64,000 nt of DNA from Macrostomum hystrix (GCA_950097015.1 CATNEN010000034.1:5704001-5768000); one strand, 5' to 3'. Positions 12,210 to 23,104 are shown, counted from the stretch's first letter. Made by a program: numbers and translations. Notes: generated by a model from the sequence alone, not told the origin.

Positions 12210-12380
12210 TATTGAAAACCTTCCTGTTCTTGAACACCTGCCAGTTACTTTTCTGTTCTTGAACACCTGCCAGTTACCTTTCTGTTCTTGAACACCTTCT
12301 AGTTCTTGAACACCTTCTAGTTCTTGAACACCTTCTAGTTATTGAACACCTTCTATTTCTCGAACACAAGTTGTCGAACA
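12210..12380. repeat. Short degenerate 18-bp tandem repeat CTTGAACACCTTCTAGTT
   Basis: Several direct copies in the first intron of channel 2. Confidence 0.7.
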
Positions 12381-13050
12381 CTTTGACACACACTTTGTTG
12401 CTTTTCATTTGCTGATGCACTAAGAACGCAGCTAATGGACGAAATTCTGAAGAACTATAGCCGGATCGACAGTCCAAGCAGGGGTGAGACTGCTCCTTGC
12501 TCCTTGCCTTGCTTATCAATAGGATAAAATGATTATTGAATAATTTTATACAATAATTCATGCTTGTCCTGTTCAGATTCCACCACAAACGTTTACATTG
12601 GTGTCTACATTACTGGAATTCACTCGGTTAATGCTGCCGAAAACGTAAGTGGGATAGTTGTACACTGATTTGTGAATACATAATAATATACATAGCGATA
12701 GTAACCTCATAATATTATTGCCAGGAATACACAATGACATTTTACCTGCGTCAGAAGTGGACCGACTCGCGACTCAAGTTCGACTCGAATCTGGTTGGGG
12801 GCAAGAGCCAAATCACTCTGCAAGACAGCACACTGGAGAAGATTTGGGTGCCGGACGTGTTTTTCAGGTTAGAGTTCGACAAATTCATTGCGAAATCTTT
12901 TCCTATTCTCCCGTTTTTCATGTAATTTTTTACATGAGATTTTTGGTTGAACGAAAAATGACTGGTTATAAATAAGTATGAAGTCATATCCAAACCAAGA
13001 TATTAATATTCGAAGATTATATCGAAGCTTGTGACACTTACATAAGCCGA

Positions 13051-13273
13051 ATCTCGTCCTCGATGTACGCAGACGACATCTCGTCCTCGATGTACGCAGA
13101 CGAAATCTCGTCCTCGATGTACGCAGACGAAATCTCGTCCTCGATGTACGCAGACGAAATCTCGTCCTCGATGTACGCAGACGAAATCTCGTCCTCGATG
13201 TACGCAGACGAAATCTCGTCCTCGATGTACGCAGACGACATCTCGTCCTCGATGTACGCAGACGACATCTCGA
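13051..13273. repeat. 27-bp tandem repeat ATCTCGTCCTCGATGTACGCAGACGAA, intronic
   Basis: About 8 copies; explains the MYADEISSS ORFs. Confidence 0.95.
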
Positions 13274-13851
13274 CCCCAATGTACCCTAATGACCCAAATC
13301 GCCACCCGCTACTTCGTGCGAATTTTTTACATTTAAAGGCGGATCCCTCTAAAGTCACTCTAAGCCTTTGCAAACTTGATAGCTCTTAGCGACTAAAGCA
13401 GACCCCAGTTTAGATTTCTTCCCCATTTGGCAACCAATTATTATTAATAGGAACGAAAAGAAGGCCAAATTTCTCTCGGTTCCGATTTCAACTCGTTATT
13501 TGCAAGTGCGCAACGATGGTGGAGTCTGGTACGTCATGAAGTAAGCTTTTCATTCATTTTGGTATTAATTCCTACCCGTGTCTGCAGATGACATTCGAGC
13601 TGAAAAGAAACTATGGCACCTTCATTTTTCCGGTTTGCTCCCCGCGTTTCAGTTTTTATCATCTCTTATTGTTAATAAAAACGAATTATAGACAAAAAAT
13701 TTCACCACCTTTCCAGGTCTATTTCCCGAGCATTCTGATTGTTATGCTCAGCTGGCTGTCATTCTGGCTGAGCGGCAATGACACCGCTGCACGGGTCAGC
13801 CTGGGTCTACTGGGAGGTGAGCGAATGTAATTTCATTTATTATTTCACTGT

Positions 13852-14206
13852 GGTTATCAGCCATCGGTTATCAACCATCGGTTATCAACCATCGGTTATC
13901 AACCATTGGTTATCAACCATCGGTTATCAACCATTGGTTATCAACGATCGGTTATCAACCATTGGTTATCAACCATTGGTTATCAAACATTGGTTATCAA
14001 CCATCGGTTATCAACCATCGGTTATCAACCATCGGTTATCAACCATCGGTTATCAACCATCGGTTATCAACCATCGGTTATCAACCATCGGTTATCAACC
14101 ATCGGTTATCAACCATCGGTTATCAACCATCGGTTATCAACCATCGGTTATCTACCATCGGTTATCAACCATCGGTTATCAACCATCGGTTATCAACCAT
14201 CGGTTA
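13852..14206. repeat. 14-bp tandem repeat GGTTATCAACCATC in the M2-splitting intron of channel 2
   Basis: About 25 copies running up to the acceptor at 14212. Confidence 0.96.
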
Positions 14207-14934
14207 CTGCAGTCCTGGCCATCTTGATCCAGTCGACAGTGCTCCTGATATTCTATGCTCCGAGGACCTCCTACATCCGAGCCATAGACGTCTGGCTGAC
14301 GGCCTGTCTAGTGTTTATTTTCGCCTCGCTATTGGAATTCGGCGTCGTCAGTTTCTGCAGCCGCCACTTTGACCGCGCCGCTTCTGCCGCCTTCCCTATG
14401 GTTGCCATGCCAAACGAGGCAAAGGTGGAGGCGGCTGCTTCAGCTCAGCCGGTACAGCCTCGCCCGCAGCAGCAGCAGCAAGCCATAAACGCCGAGCTGT
14501 TGGACATGCTTGCCCGCGTAGGCTTCCCACTGGCCTTCCTGCTGTTCAACATTATCCTCTGGGCTTGCTGTCTGAGCTGAGCACCACACACACCAAGATC
14601 GTCAGTGTGCTGATTGTGCTGGGGTTGAAATCCCCCATAAACAATGGAGTCTTGGTAGCGTGCGGACCACTATTCTCATTTAGTTTTTCTGACTTTTTAG
14701 CATTATTGTCAATCTCCTGATCTCCTGATATGTACTATAGATTGCATATAAATTCGTGATCAAACACCTAGATCCTCGCCTAATTATCCCAAACTGTCTA
14801 CTAATTAGTCCTTTCCAATCATTTAGTTTTTTAGTTGGATCCGTCAACTCTCCAAGACTCTCTCTCGTTATTAAGCCACACAGAAGAGGATCTGCCGCTG
14901 TCTTTGTGTCTCTATTTTTATAAATGAAGATTAA

Positions 14935-16047
14935 GTGAATGAAGATTCCGTTAATAAGGATTCCGTGAATGAGGATTCCGTTAACAGTAGGACTACCAAG
15001 CCATTTTGCCGCCCGTTTTTATACCAAGGGGGGATTTTCCCCCCACCCTGAAATTTTTTTTGCCAGCGCCTGAATGCTTTGGGGGTGACTGATTGGTTGA
15101 CAGACTAGTCGAGGGTGTCCTGTGGTTCAGCTGCGCCTAATAGTTAGGCTTGAACAGTGAAATTGGAGAACTTCGCGTCAGGGTGTCCATAGTGGCCTAG
15201 TTCCACCTGTTGTAGCTCTTGAAGGTCTAGATAGATAAGAGAGATAGATATAGATAAAGGTCGGTGACCGCCGAAGTCGGAGATGATGCAAGCACATTCG
15301 GGTGACATGCTGATAAAGTTTGAAGGTCTGAAAAGGCCGCACTGAGGCGCAGTGCAAATTCGTGTATAGGGGTGTATGAAATACACTAGCTCATATGGGA
15401 AAAATCGGACCTTCGGCCAGAAACATTGAACATCTCGACGGTCTGAAGAGCTGGCGACTTGTTTCTTGTTTCAAAAGATGCGCAACAAAAAGTTGGCCCG
15501 TGTTCTAGAGTTTCGTGTGCTTGCATTGTTCCGTTCGGGTGCAGCAAAAAAATGGTCAGGGGGGGAAATCCCCCCTTGGTAGTTCTACTGATAATGAAGA
15601 TTCCGTAAATGAGGATTCTGTGAATGAGGATTCCGTGAATGAGGATTCTGTGAATGAGGATTCCTTGAATGAGGATTCCTTGAATGAGGATTCCTTGAAT
15701 GAAGATTCCGTGGATGAGGATTCCTTGAATGAGGATTCCGTGAATGAAGATTCCGTGAATGAAGATTCCGTGAATGAGGATTCCTTGAATGAAGATTCCG
15801 TGAATGAGGATTCCGTGAATGAAGATTCCGTGGATGAAGATTCCGTGAATGAGGATTCATTGAATGAGGATTCCGTGAATGAAGATTCCGTGAATGAGGA
15901 TTCCGTGAATGAGGATTCTTTGAATGAAGATTCCGTGAATGAAGATTCCGTGAATGAAGATTCCGTGAATGAAGATTCCGTGAATGAGTATTCCTTGAAT
16001 GAAGATTCCGTGAATGAAGATTCCGTGAATGAAGATTCCGTGAATGG
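14935..16047. repeat. 15-bp minisatellite GTGAATGAGGATTCC interrupted by a MITE
   Basis: About 3 units left (14935-14980) and about 30 units right (15595-16047) of the insertion; explains the NEDSV ORF. Confidence 0.93.
14985..15590 (+). mobile_element. Non-autonomous DNA transposon (MITE), 606 bp, copy 1
   Basis: TIRs CAGTAGGACTACCAAG / CTTGGTAGTTCTACTG (15 of 16 match), flanks TTAA and ATAA, subterminal GGGGGGATTT..CCCCCC at both ends; homologous over its length to 19476-20069. Confidence 0.9.
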
Positions 16048-16798
16048 ATGGAGCAGCCTTGGATGCGCCGTGAAATTATCCGATTCTTTGCTTGGGAAAG
16101 AACTAGGCCATAGAACAAACCGAGGTTAGCTGCTTCTTCATCTGAACTTAATTACTCGTACATTGAACAACTAACAAAGCGAAAAAAAATATATTTCTGC
16201 TAAGAATTTCATGATCAACTAACGCGAAATGCAGTGAGTGGAGGAGAACACACAGTGATGAAGTTTGGGAGACTGCATTCCGGTGAAAGCTAGGAAGACC
16301 TGACGACGTGTTTGGTGCAATCGCACAGTTCTGAAGAAATGGGCGTCATTGTGTTAGAACTCAAATTTACTGCGGTGTTTTTAAGAAAGACATGTTAACA
16401 ATGACTGTACTTTAGGCAGCCTGAAGAATCGCATGTTCAAACAAACACAAACAAACTACTATTAACAGTATGGGATGTGTACAGGCTAACGAGAACAAAT
16501 TTGAGAATTTTCGATCCTTTTAAGAGCAATAGGTAAGAATACGGCAGAAACGAATGCGAACTATATGATTGACAATAGATTAATTCTGCGCCCATTTCGC
16601 AATAAGAGCCATGCAGTCACGACTGTAAAGTTAGATCAGCTGATTGAAAAACCAACATGCGTCAGGGAGCTAATGATGTGGGCGCGGAAGACTAAAGACA
16701 CTTTGTTGGTTTTGTTAGACTAGAGGCTCTATATTACAGGGTCAAGTTTGTGATTTAGGTCACGAATGAGACTGAGAACCAGAGACAACGCTGCCCTG

Positions 16799-18382
16799 TC
16801 AGTGCTCTGCCAGACGGCGCCACATGAGCCGGTACCAGTGCTCGGTGTCGGCTGTGAAGGCCGGTACATTGGCCGGCTGAGTGACCAGCGGAGCCGGCTC
16901 GTACTCGTGCACCGAATTGCTCGTCATGTCGAAGCGGACACCGCGCCTCGGCCCGGCCGACTGACTCCGAGCCCGCAGGCTCAGCTTGCCGCTCTGCATG
17001 GTGGCTGCGCGTCGAACTGTCGGCCGACGACTGGCAGCTGGCGCTGGCGCCGGCTGGTCTTCAGATGGCGTCGGCGTCTGCAGCTGTTGCGCTTCTGGCG
17101 CTACAGACGCTGGCGGTGGCTGCTGCTGCTTCAACCCAAAACCGACTGCCGTTTTGGGCCGCACAGCGGCTGAAAGCTGCTGCCCGTTTGCAGCTGCTGC
17201 GGCAGCGGCCGCCTTCTTCAAGATTGACTTGATCGGATAGATCTCCGTGGTGCAGCCAGTGCCATCGGTAACAGACATCAACGGCTTTGGCTGCTGACTG
17301 TCCGACGGTGTTGAAGTCGCAGCTGTTGTTGAAGTTGTTGTTAACGATGCTGCAGCCGCGGCTGTCGTTAGAGTCGGCGCGGTGACAGCAGCTGTCGATG
17401 GCTCCATCTGAGCGTACGACGGAGGCTGTTTTGGACGTGGAGATGCTGACGTCATGGGAAGTGTCTGCTGCTGATGGCTTGGGCTCTGGTCTGTCTGACG
17501 ATTCAGAAAGTGCATGTAGGAAATACTCGTCACACTTCCATTCGCTGCCATCGATACCGTTTGTGTGGGCTGCGGAATCGGTTGTGCAGGTGGCTGCGGT
17601 TGCAAAGTTTTCAGGGGAGCCCTGGCTGTGCTACCGCTTGCGTCGCTACCGTGAGCCGCTGGTGCAGATTCGATATTTGATCCGTTAGTAGAGGCTTCTG
17701 ACTCTACTGATACTAAAGTCTTGTGTTCACCATTTTGTTTGCTGTTAGCCATGGTTTCGGCTGAGTCTGTGCCGGCGGGAACGGCTGAAGCGATCGAAGA
17801 GGAGCCACCATTAGTTCGACTGCCTCGGCGGCCAGATCGGCCGCGAACAACCACAGTGTGATAAGCCGGCGACGGAGCTTCGGCCTCCATCGACGGAAGC
17901 AACGCGGGTGTTTGCTGCACAGACTGGGTTGGCACCGGGGGCAGGGGAGTCAGCGAAGAACCCAAATTTGACGCTGAGGACGATACGGCTACCGCCATCT
18001 GCGGGGTGACGCGGCCGCCGCGCGACGGCGCCAAGTAGCCGCCCTGACCGGCTGGCGGCTCCGGCGTCGGAGTCCTTCGGTTGTGACCCCGCGCTCGCCT
18101 TCTTGCGGCGCTGTGGGCGCTGACGGCGCGGACGGCTCCCAGCGGACGCTGCTGCTGATGCTGGTGGTGCACTGCGGTGACCGGCCTGCCTGCGCCTAGC
18201 GGTGTCGGGAGCGGAAGCTGGCTCAGCGGCGCGTCTTTGAACACGGCGGCGCCGCTGCCGAGCCAAGGTGGCGGCGACGCTCGAGCGCGCCAGGTGCCCG
18301 CGGCTCCGCCGAGCCAGCGCGGCTGCTCGGCTGCATCTGTGAGCGCCTGCTGCTGCTGCTGTTGCTGGTTATTGTGATTCAT
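16799..18382 (-). CDS. 527-aa intronless low-complexity protein with SILK and RVxF PP1-docking-like motifs
   Basis: Long open GC-rich frame rich in Q/A/P/S/T; KSILKK at 17213-17230 and RGVRF at 16931-16945 followed by DMTSNSVHEY. Confidence 0.75.
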   Translation of the reverse strand: MNHNNQQQQQQQALTDAAEQPRWLGGAAGTWRARASPPPWLGSGAAVFKDAPLSQLPLPTPLGAGRPVTAVHHQHQQQRPLGAVRAVSAHSAARRRARGHNRRTPTPEPPAGQGGYLAPSRGGRVTPQMAVAVSSSASNLGSSLTPLPPVPTQSVQQTPALLPSMEAEAPSPAYHTVVVRGRSGRRGSRTNGGSSSIASAVPAGTDSAETMANSKQNGEHKTLVSVESEASTNGSNIESAPAAHGSDASGSTARAPLKTLQPQPPAQPIPQPTQTVSMAANGSVTSISYMHFLNRQTDQSPSHQQQTLPMTSASPRPKQPPSYAQMEPSTAAVTAPTLTTAAAAASLTTTSTTAATSTPSDSQQPKPLMSVTDGTGCTTEIYPIKSILKKAAAAAAAANGQQLSAAVRPKTAVGFGLKQQQPPPASVAPEAQQLQTPTPSEDQPAPAPAASRRPTVRRAATMQSGKLSLRARSQSAGPRRGVRFDMTSNSVHEYEPAPLVTQPANVPAFTADTEHWYRLMWRRLAEH

Positions 18383-19475
18383 AATATTGCTTAATGCCAG
18401 CTCTCAAGCTTCGGGACGGAGGCTTCAAGGCCTCCTAGTAATGGCAACTGTCTCTGCTCCGGTATTCGTTTCCAGAGCTTCGATGGTGGCTTCAGGCCCA
18501 ATTTATTGCGCGGCGTCAAATTTTAAGTGGCGGAGGGCGAATTTGGGGCTGAGGGGCCTGGGCCAAGGCAGCTGCAGCCTCCACCTCTTCTTAGTTGTCT
18601 GGGCCAGTCTCTCTCAGACTCCTGAGTTCTGTCTCAATACTAACAGCCCCCGGTTCCATAGGTCTGTGTGTGCGTGGCGTGTGTGTTTGTCTGCGTTGCG
18701 CTTTCTCTCTCTAATTTCTATCACTGAACCGCGGAGTACCCGCTGTGGCTCTCCTGCCCGCCGTTCCTTGCCTTCCTTTTCTTCTCTTCTTTCGTCTATT
18801 CTGCCCGCGCGCGCAGGCAGACTATAGCAACGCAGCGTGATGAAAAAACTGCAGTTCTTCAGAGACCATACTGCTATGGGCACTACTGAGAAAAAACCCT
18901 GGCTGAGAAGAGAGAAGTGAGAAGAGAGACGAGAGAGAATGCGGTGCAACAGCGCAGGGCGAGGGCTGTTGAGTTCTCTGCTTAGCTGCTCAGTTGCAGT
19001 CGCAACCTCTGCTTCTCTCTTTGCAGGCCTCATTTAAAGCCAGTCAGTGTCTGGCACTTGCACTCCAAATAATAATGTTAAAGAAAAATATATATGCTGC
19101 TTATTTTCTCGCCACGCCTTTATGATACTAAATGCACCCTTGGATTGCGTCTTCTTTTACAAGGATTAAATTGGGGCCAGGCTGTGCCAAACCCCCCCGT
19201 CGAGAGCTAACCATACGAATGGCACCTTAGTAGGGTAGATCTGCTTTTTATTGCTTACACCGAGTATTGCGCGTTGTCTTTCCGCTTTGTTTGGCGTGTA
19301 GTTATTCTTATACGAGCTATGCCTAAAGCGACAGAACTTTGCCTTGCAAAAAACTAGCATTAGCCTCCTGAGTTGAGAGCTGTGTAAATTTGCTGCTAAT
19401 TACTGAAAACCTGCGAGCCAGGCATGTAGCAAATATAACTGCGGCGGCTCAAACACTCCAACCTGATGTCATTAA

Positions 19476-20069
19476 CAGTAGAACTACCAAGGGGGGGATT
19501 TCCCACCCCCCTGACAATTTTTTGCTGCACCCGAACGGAACAATGCAAGCACACGAAACTCAAGAACACGGGCCAACTTTTTGTTGCGCATCTTCTGAAA
19601 CAAGAAACAAGTCGCCAGCTCTTCAGACCGTCGAGATATTCAATGTTTCTGGCCGAAGGTCCGATTTTTCCCACAAGAGCTATGGTTATTTCATACACCC
19701 CTATACACGAATTTGCACTGCGCCTCAGTGCGGCCTTGCCAGGCTTTCAAAATTTATCAGCATGTCACCCGAGTGTGCCTGCATCATTTCTGTCTTCGGT
19801 GGTCACCTGCCTTTATCTAGACTGACTGCTGGACCTTCAAGGGCTACAACGGGTGGAACTAAGCTACTATGGACACCCTGACGCAAATTTCTCAAATTTC
19901 AATGCTCAAGCCAAAATATTAGGCGCAGCTCAACCACAGGACACCATCGCCTAGTCTGTCAACCAATCAGTCACCACCCAACGCCGTTAGCTTTCGGGCG
20001 CTGCCAAAAAAAATTGTCATGGGCCCTTGGTATAAAAACGGGCGGCAAAATGGCTTGGTAGTCCTACTG
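19476..20069 (-). mobile_element. MITE copy 2, 594 bp, inverted relative to copy 1
   Basis: TTAA|CAGTAGAACTACCAAG ... CTTGGTAGTCCTACTG|TTAA with a perfect TTAA duplication (19472-19475, 20070-20073). Confidence 0.92.
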
Positions 20070-20454
20070 TTAAGAGAATCTTAATTGTCTATGGCCTTTT
20101 GATGCCAAGAAAATAATGTGCATTAAAAACTAATCGCACATTTTACAATGCGTCTAACACTAAGTTTTGAGTGCTGATAACGTCTATGGCACTCGTGCGC
20201 TGCGCGCACTCGAGCCAAGACGTTATCAGCACTCAAAACTTAGTGTCAATCATACATTGCACTTATTGATAACTGTCTATGAGCGATACCAGGTCATTTT
20301 TTCTTTCGGGTAGTTTACAGCAAAGCTTTAAAAGCAAATTAAAGCAATAAAAATTAAAAAAGCAACAAGACAACGGCTCAGAATTCGATAATGGCTGAAA
20401 CTGACTATCAGTCGCTGGCCCGTCAGTTGGTCTCATGGGAAGGTAGATGGCGGC

Positions 20455-20544
20455 ATGTCCTGCGCCAGGGGCTATCACCTGCTGCGGATTCCGTGTGACC
20501 TTTTTCACTGGCTAATTAGGCAGCATCAGCCGCTGCAGGAACAA

Positions 20545-20585
<41 letters not shown>

Positions 20586-22606
20586 ACAGCAGCAGCAGCA
20601 GCAGCAGCAGCAGTCGCCAGAGGAGGCTAGAAATGCACCTACAATTGACACGTTGACATCTTGCACTATCAGAACTCCAACCAGCACTGCCGCATCTTGC
20701 AACCTTCAGCAGCAGCAGCAGCAGCAGCGGCAGCAGCAGCAGCAGCAGCGGCAGCAGCAGCAGCAGCAGCCAAGGCGCCAGCGAGCTTTTAATCGGGCCG
20801 TCTATGAGAGAATGCGAGCGGTACTAAGGGAAGCTGGAGAGGATGATGAATCTGAAATAGAGGAGGCCGCAGCAGCTGCCTCGGTCGCCGATTCATGGGA
20901 CAGGATCAGCTTCGCTCCAAATATTCAGGAAGAAGACGAAGAGGAGGATGGTGAAGAAGATACCGAAGTGGTGACTCCGAGAGAGGAAGAGGAAGAGGAA
21001 GAGGAAGAAGAAGAGGAAGAGGAAGAAGAAGAGGAAGAGGAAGAAGATGAGAGAGAAGAAGAGGAAGAGGAAGAAGATGAGGAAGAGGAAGAGGAAGAGG
21101 AGGAAAAGGAAGAAGAGACAGACGATGATCGTGACGAAACTCGCACGGAGATGCTCATTGCAGCTGTGCGACGAGGCAGAGCACTTTCAAATGGCCCAAA
21201 CAGCGACTCCGCTTTTCAAATGATTGATGATACGACAACTCTAGGTGAGTGAATTCGCAGGGATAATTTTCGAGGTGGTGACAACCGATTGACTGGCTTC
21301 AGCATGCTAGAATGACATCAGATGTTTGTATTCCATAATCACATTGAAGACATCAAATGTTCAGTATTTCATCACCTCCTTGAATACATCAAACGTTAAT
21401 TATGTGAGCATGTTTTTTAATTGTTTTATTTCTTCCTATCTCTTCAGCATCGACCGAGGATGAGATACGGGCCGCATTGTCTTTCGAGCATAGGCAGCTA
21501 CAGCAGCAGCCGCAGCAGCAGCCGCAGCAGCAGCCGCAGCAGCAGCAGCCCTGCACAGCCAACCAGGCTCCGACAGTGATGGCAGAGAGATTCAGATATC
21601 GGTCTATACTGAAGAATGGAGATGCACAGAGAAGCTACCCTGCGAACTCGGGCGAAATGGTTAGTTGCACAACTGTCTATTGCAAATGGATTTTATTTGT
21701 TCTTCTTCAACCTTCCAACTATCAGTCTTTCGCAGGATAACCTTCTTAATACTTCCTAAGGTTTTCATAATTCTGTATATTCCCTATTTTCTATCGATCA
21801 ACCAATCCTAGCACCGGCTTATTTTTAGTTTAACTACAAAATGTAACGCGTTTAACTCTGCCGCCAGAGTCCCTAAGTTCAAATCGGCAGCGAGTCCACA
21901 TTTATTTTGCGTGTGTGAGTTCTCAGTCATTCAGCTGAATGCCCCTTCGGGCACTCGTCGCCCATTGCATAGAATTAATTGCCCGGCCCGTGGCAATGGG
22001 GTTGTTGGAAATTTTAACCAATGATGCTCAACGGAAGTCCGAGTTTAAGGCAATGGCCTTTGACACGAGCGGCGGTAGCCTTTGCCATTGCCTTAAACTT
22101 TGACTTCCGATGAACTCCCCATTGGTGCGAGAAGCAGACGCGTTAACCACTCTGCCACACGCCCCCTCAGCAGAGAAGTAACTAATAGCAGCTAATGATT
22201 TCTCTCTTTACAGTCTGTGAGACAAGTGAGAAGCCCGGAGCCTGATGTCATGAGCAGCAACGAGCTCAACGACTCCACCTTGTCGAGAATGCGGGCCCGC
22301 CAAGCTGAGCTCACCCGCTGCGTCCTCCTGGAGCAGCAGAAGGAGCGCGAGTTGCAGGCGTCGCGGATTCGAAGCTGCAGCGCCGGCGAGTCGGTTGGCG
22401 GCAGCCAACTCGAGGCTGCCATGCAGCATCGGCGCGCTGCTCTGGGTGGCATCGCGGCTGCGGTGGCCGCCACCTCTGATCTTGCAGACAATCTGGAGCA
22501 AAGGCAGCAACCGCAGCAGCAGGCTCAGTGGCGACAAGCCGGTGACGACAGCTCATATGGCTGGGCCAGCGAAGTGCCTAGCGCCCTTAGTGGTACTAGA
22601 CATTAG
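20455..22606 (+). CDS. Three-exon Q-rich and E-rich disordered protein with a C-terminal coiled-coil-like segment
   Basis: Exons 20455-21244, 21448-21659 and 22214-22606 join in phase (1, 0) through canonical sites; poly-Q, poly-E, RSILKN, ELTRCVLLEQQKERELQ. Start codon uncertain. Confidence 0.7.
21845..22166. mobile_element. Two tRNA-derived SINE-like copies arranged tail to tail in an intron
   Basis: Plus-strand head with B-box-like GTTCAAATC near 21878; minus-strand head GGGGCGTGTGGCAGAGTGGTTAACGCG with A-box TGGCAGAGTGG; both end in cggaagtc..gtttaaggcaatggc, forming an inverted repeat. Confidence 0.55.
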
Positions 22607-22680
22607 TTACTATATATTATTCATCGATACGACGGAAAGACTGAATTCTTTCGGATAGACGAGGGAGGCTACATTTATTT

Positions 22681-22935
22681 GGGGCGCAGCCGTTGAGAGG
22701 CTTGGGGGCTTGTCGTCCAATTTACACCCTTGAAAGCCAATGCCAACCAATCTGCCCTGATAGTAAGAAAGTCAAGGCAGGTGTACACACCTGTGTGAGC
22801 GTATGCCTGCGTACGGTATCTGTTTGCTTGTGTGCTCAGGTATCTGTGCTCAGGAGTCAGCGAAACGGGCAGATTGCCTCCTCGCGGGTGCACTGTCACC
22901 AAATGATGCGCGATTGCACGCGGCCCTCCTGCAAT
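22681..22935 (+). mobile_element. Family A dispersed repeat, near full length
   Basis: Collinear similarity to the reverse complement of 6890-7165. Confidence 0.7.
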
Positions 22936-23104
22936 GGAAGCCAATTCGGCACCTGGATGAATTGAAAAAGTAGGCAATCACATTCTTTTTGTAAGGACAC
23001 AAATAATTTCACCATGTCTAGATCCATTGAAAAAATAACTGGTCAGCAGGACAACAAACAGAACAGGAGTGATTTATCCACAATCTACCGATTTTTTTTT
23101 CCAG

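Larger units (their letters stand above)
12053..14580 (+). pseudogene. Second Cys-loop anion channel paralogue with an internal deletion of the Cys-loop exon (pseudogene, truncated gene or assembly gap)
   Basis: Exons 12425-12483, 12577-12644, 12725-12867, 13451-13540 and 13717-13816 have exactly the lengths (59, 68, 143, 90, 100) and phases of channel 1 exons; last exon 14213-14580 has IRAIDVW and M4. The homologue of exon 6 and the first 143 nt of exon 7 are absent; only [21 protein letters not shown] (13570-13632) remains, 29 nt after the exon-5 donor. A signal-peptide exon from ATG 12053 is plausible but its splice phase is unresolved. Confidence 0.8.

Noticed and set aside
22100-22166. 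Functional tRNA gene on the minus strand
   Set aside because: A-box present but the T-arm and acceptor stem cannot be formed; better explained as a SINE head.
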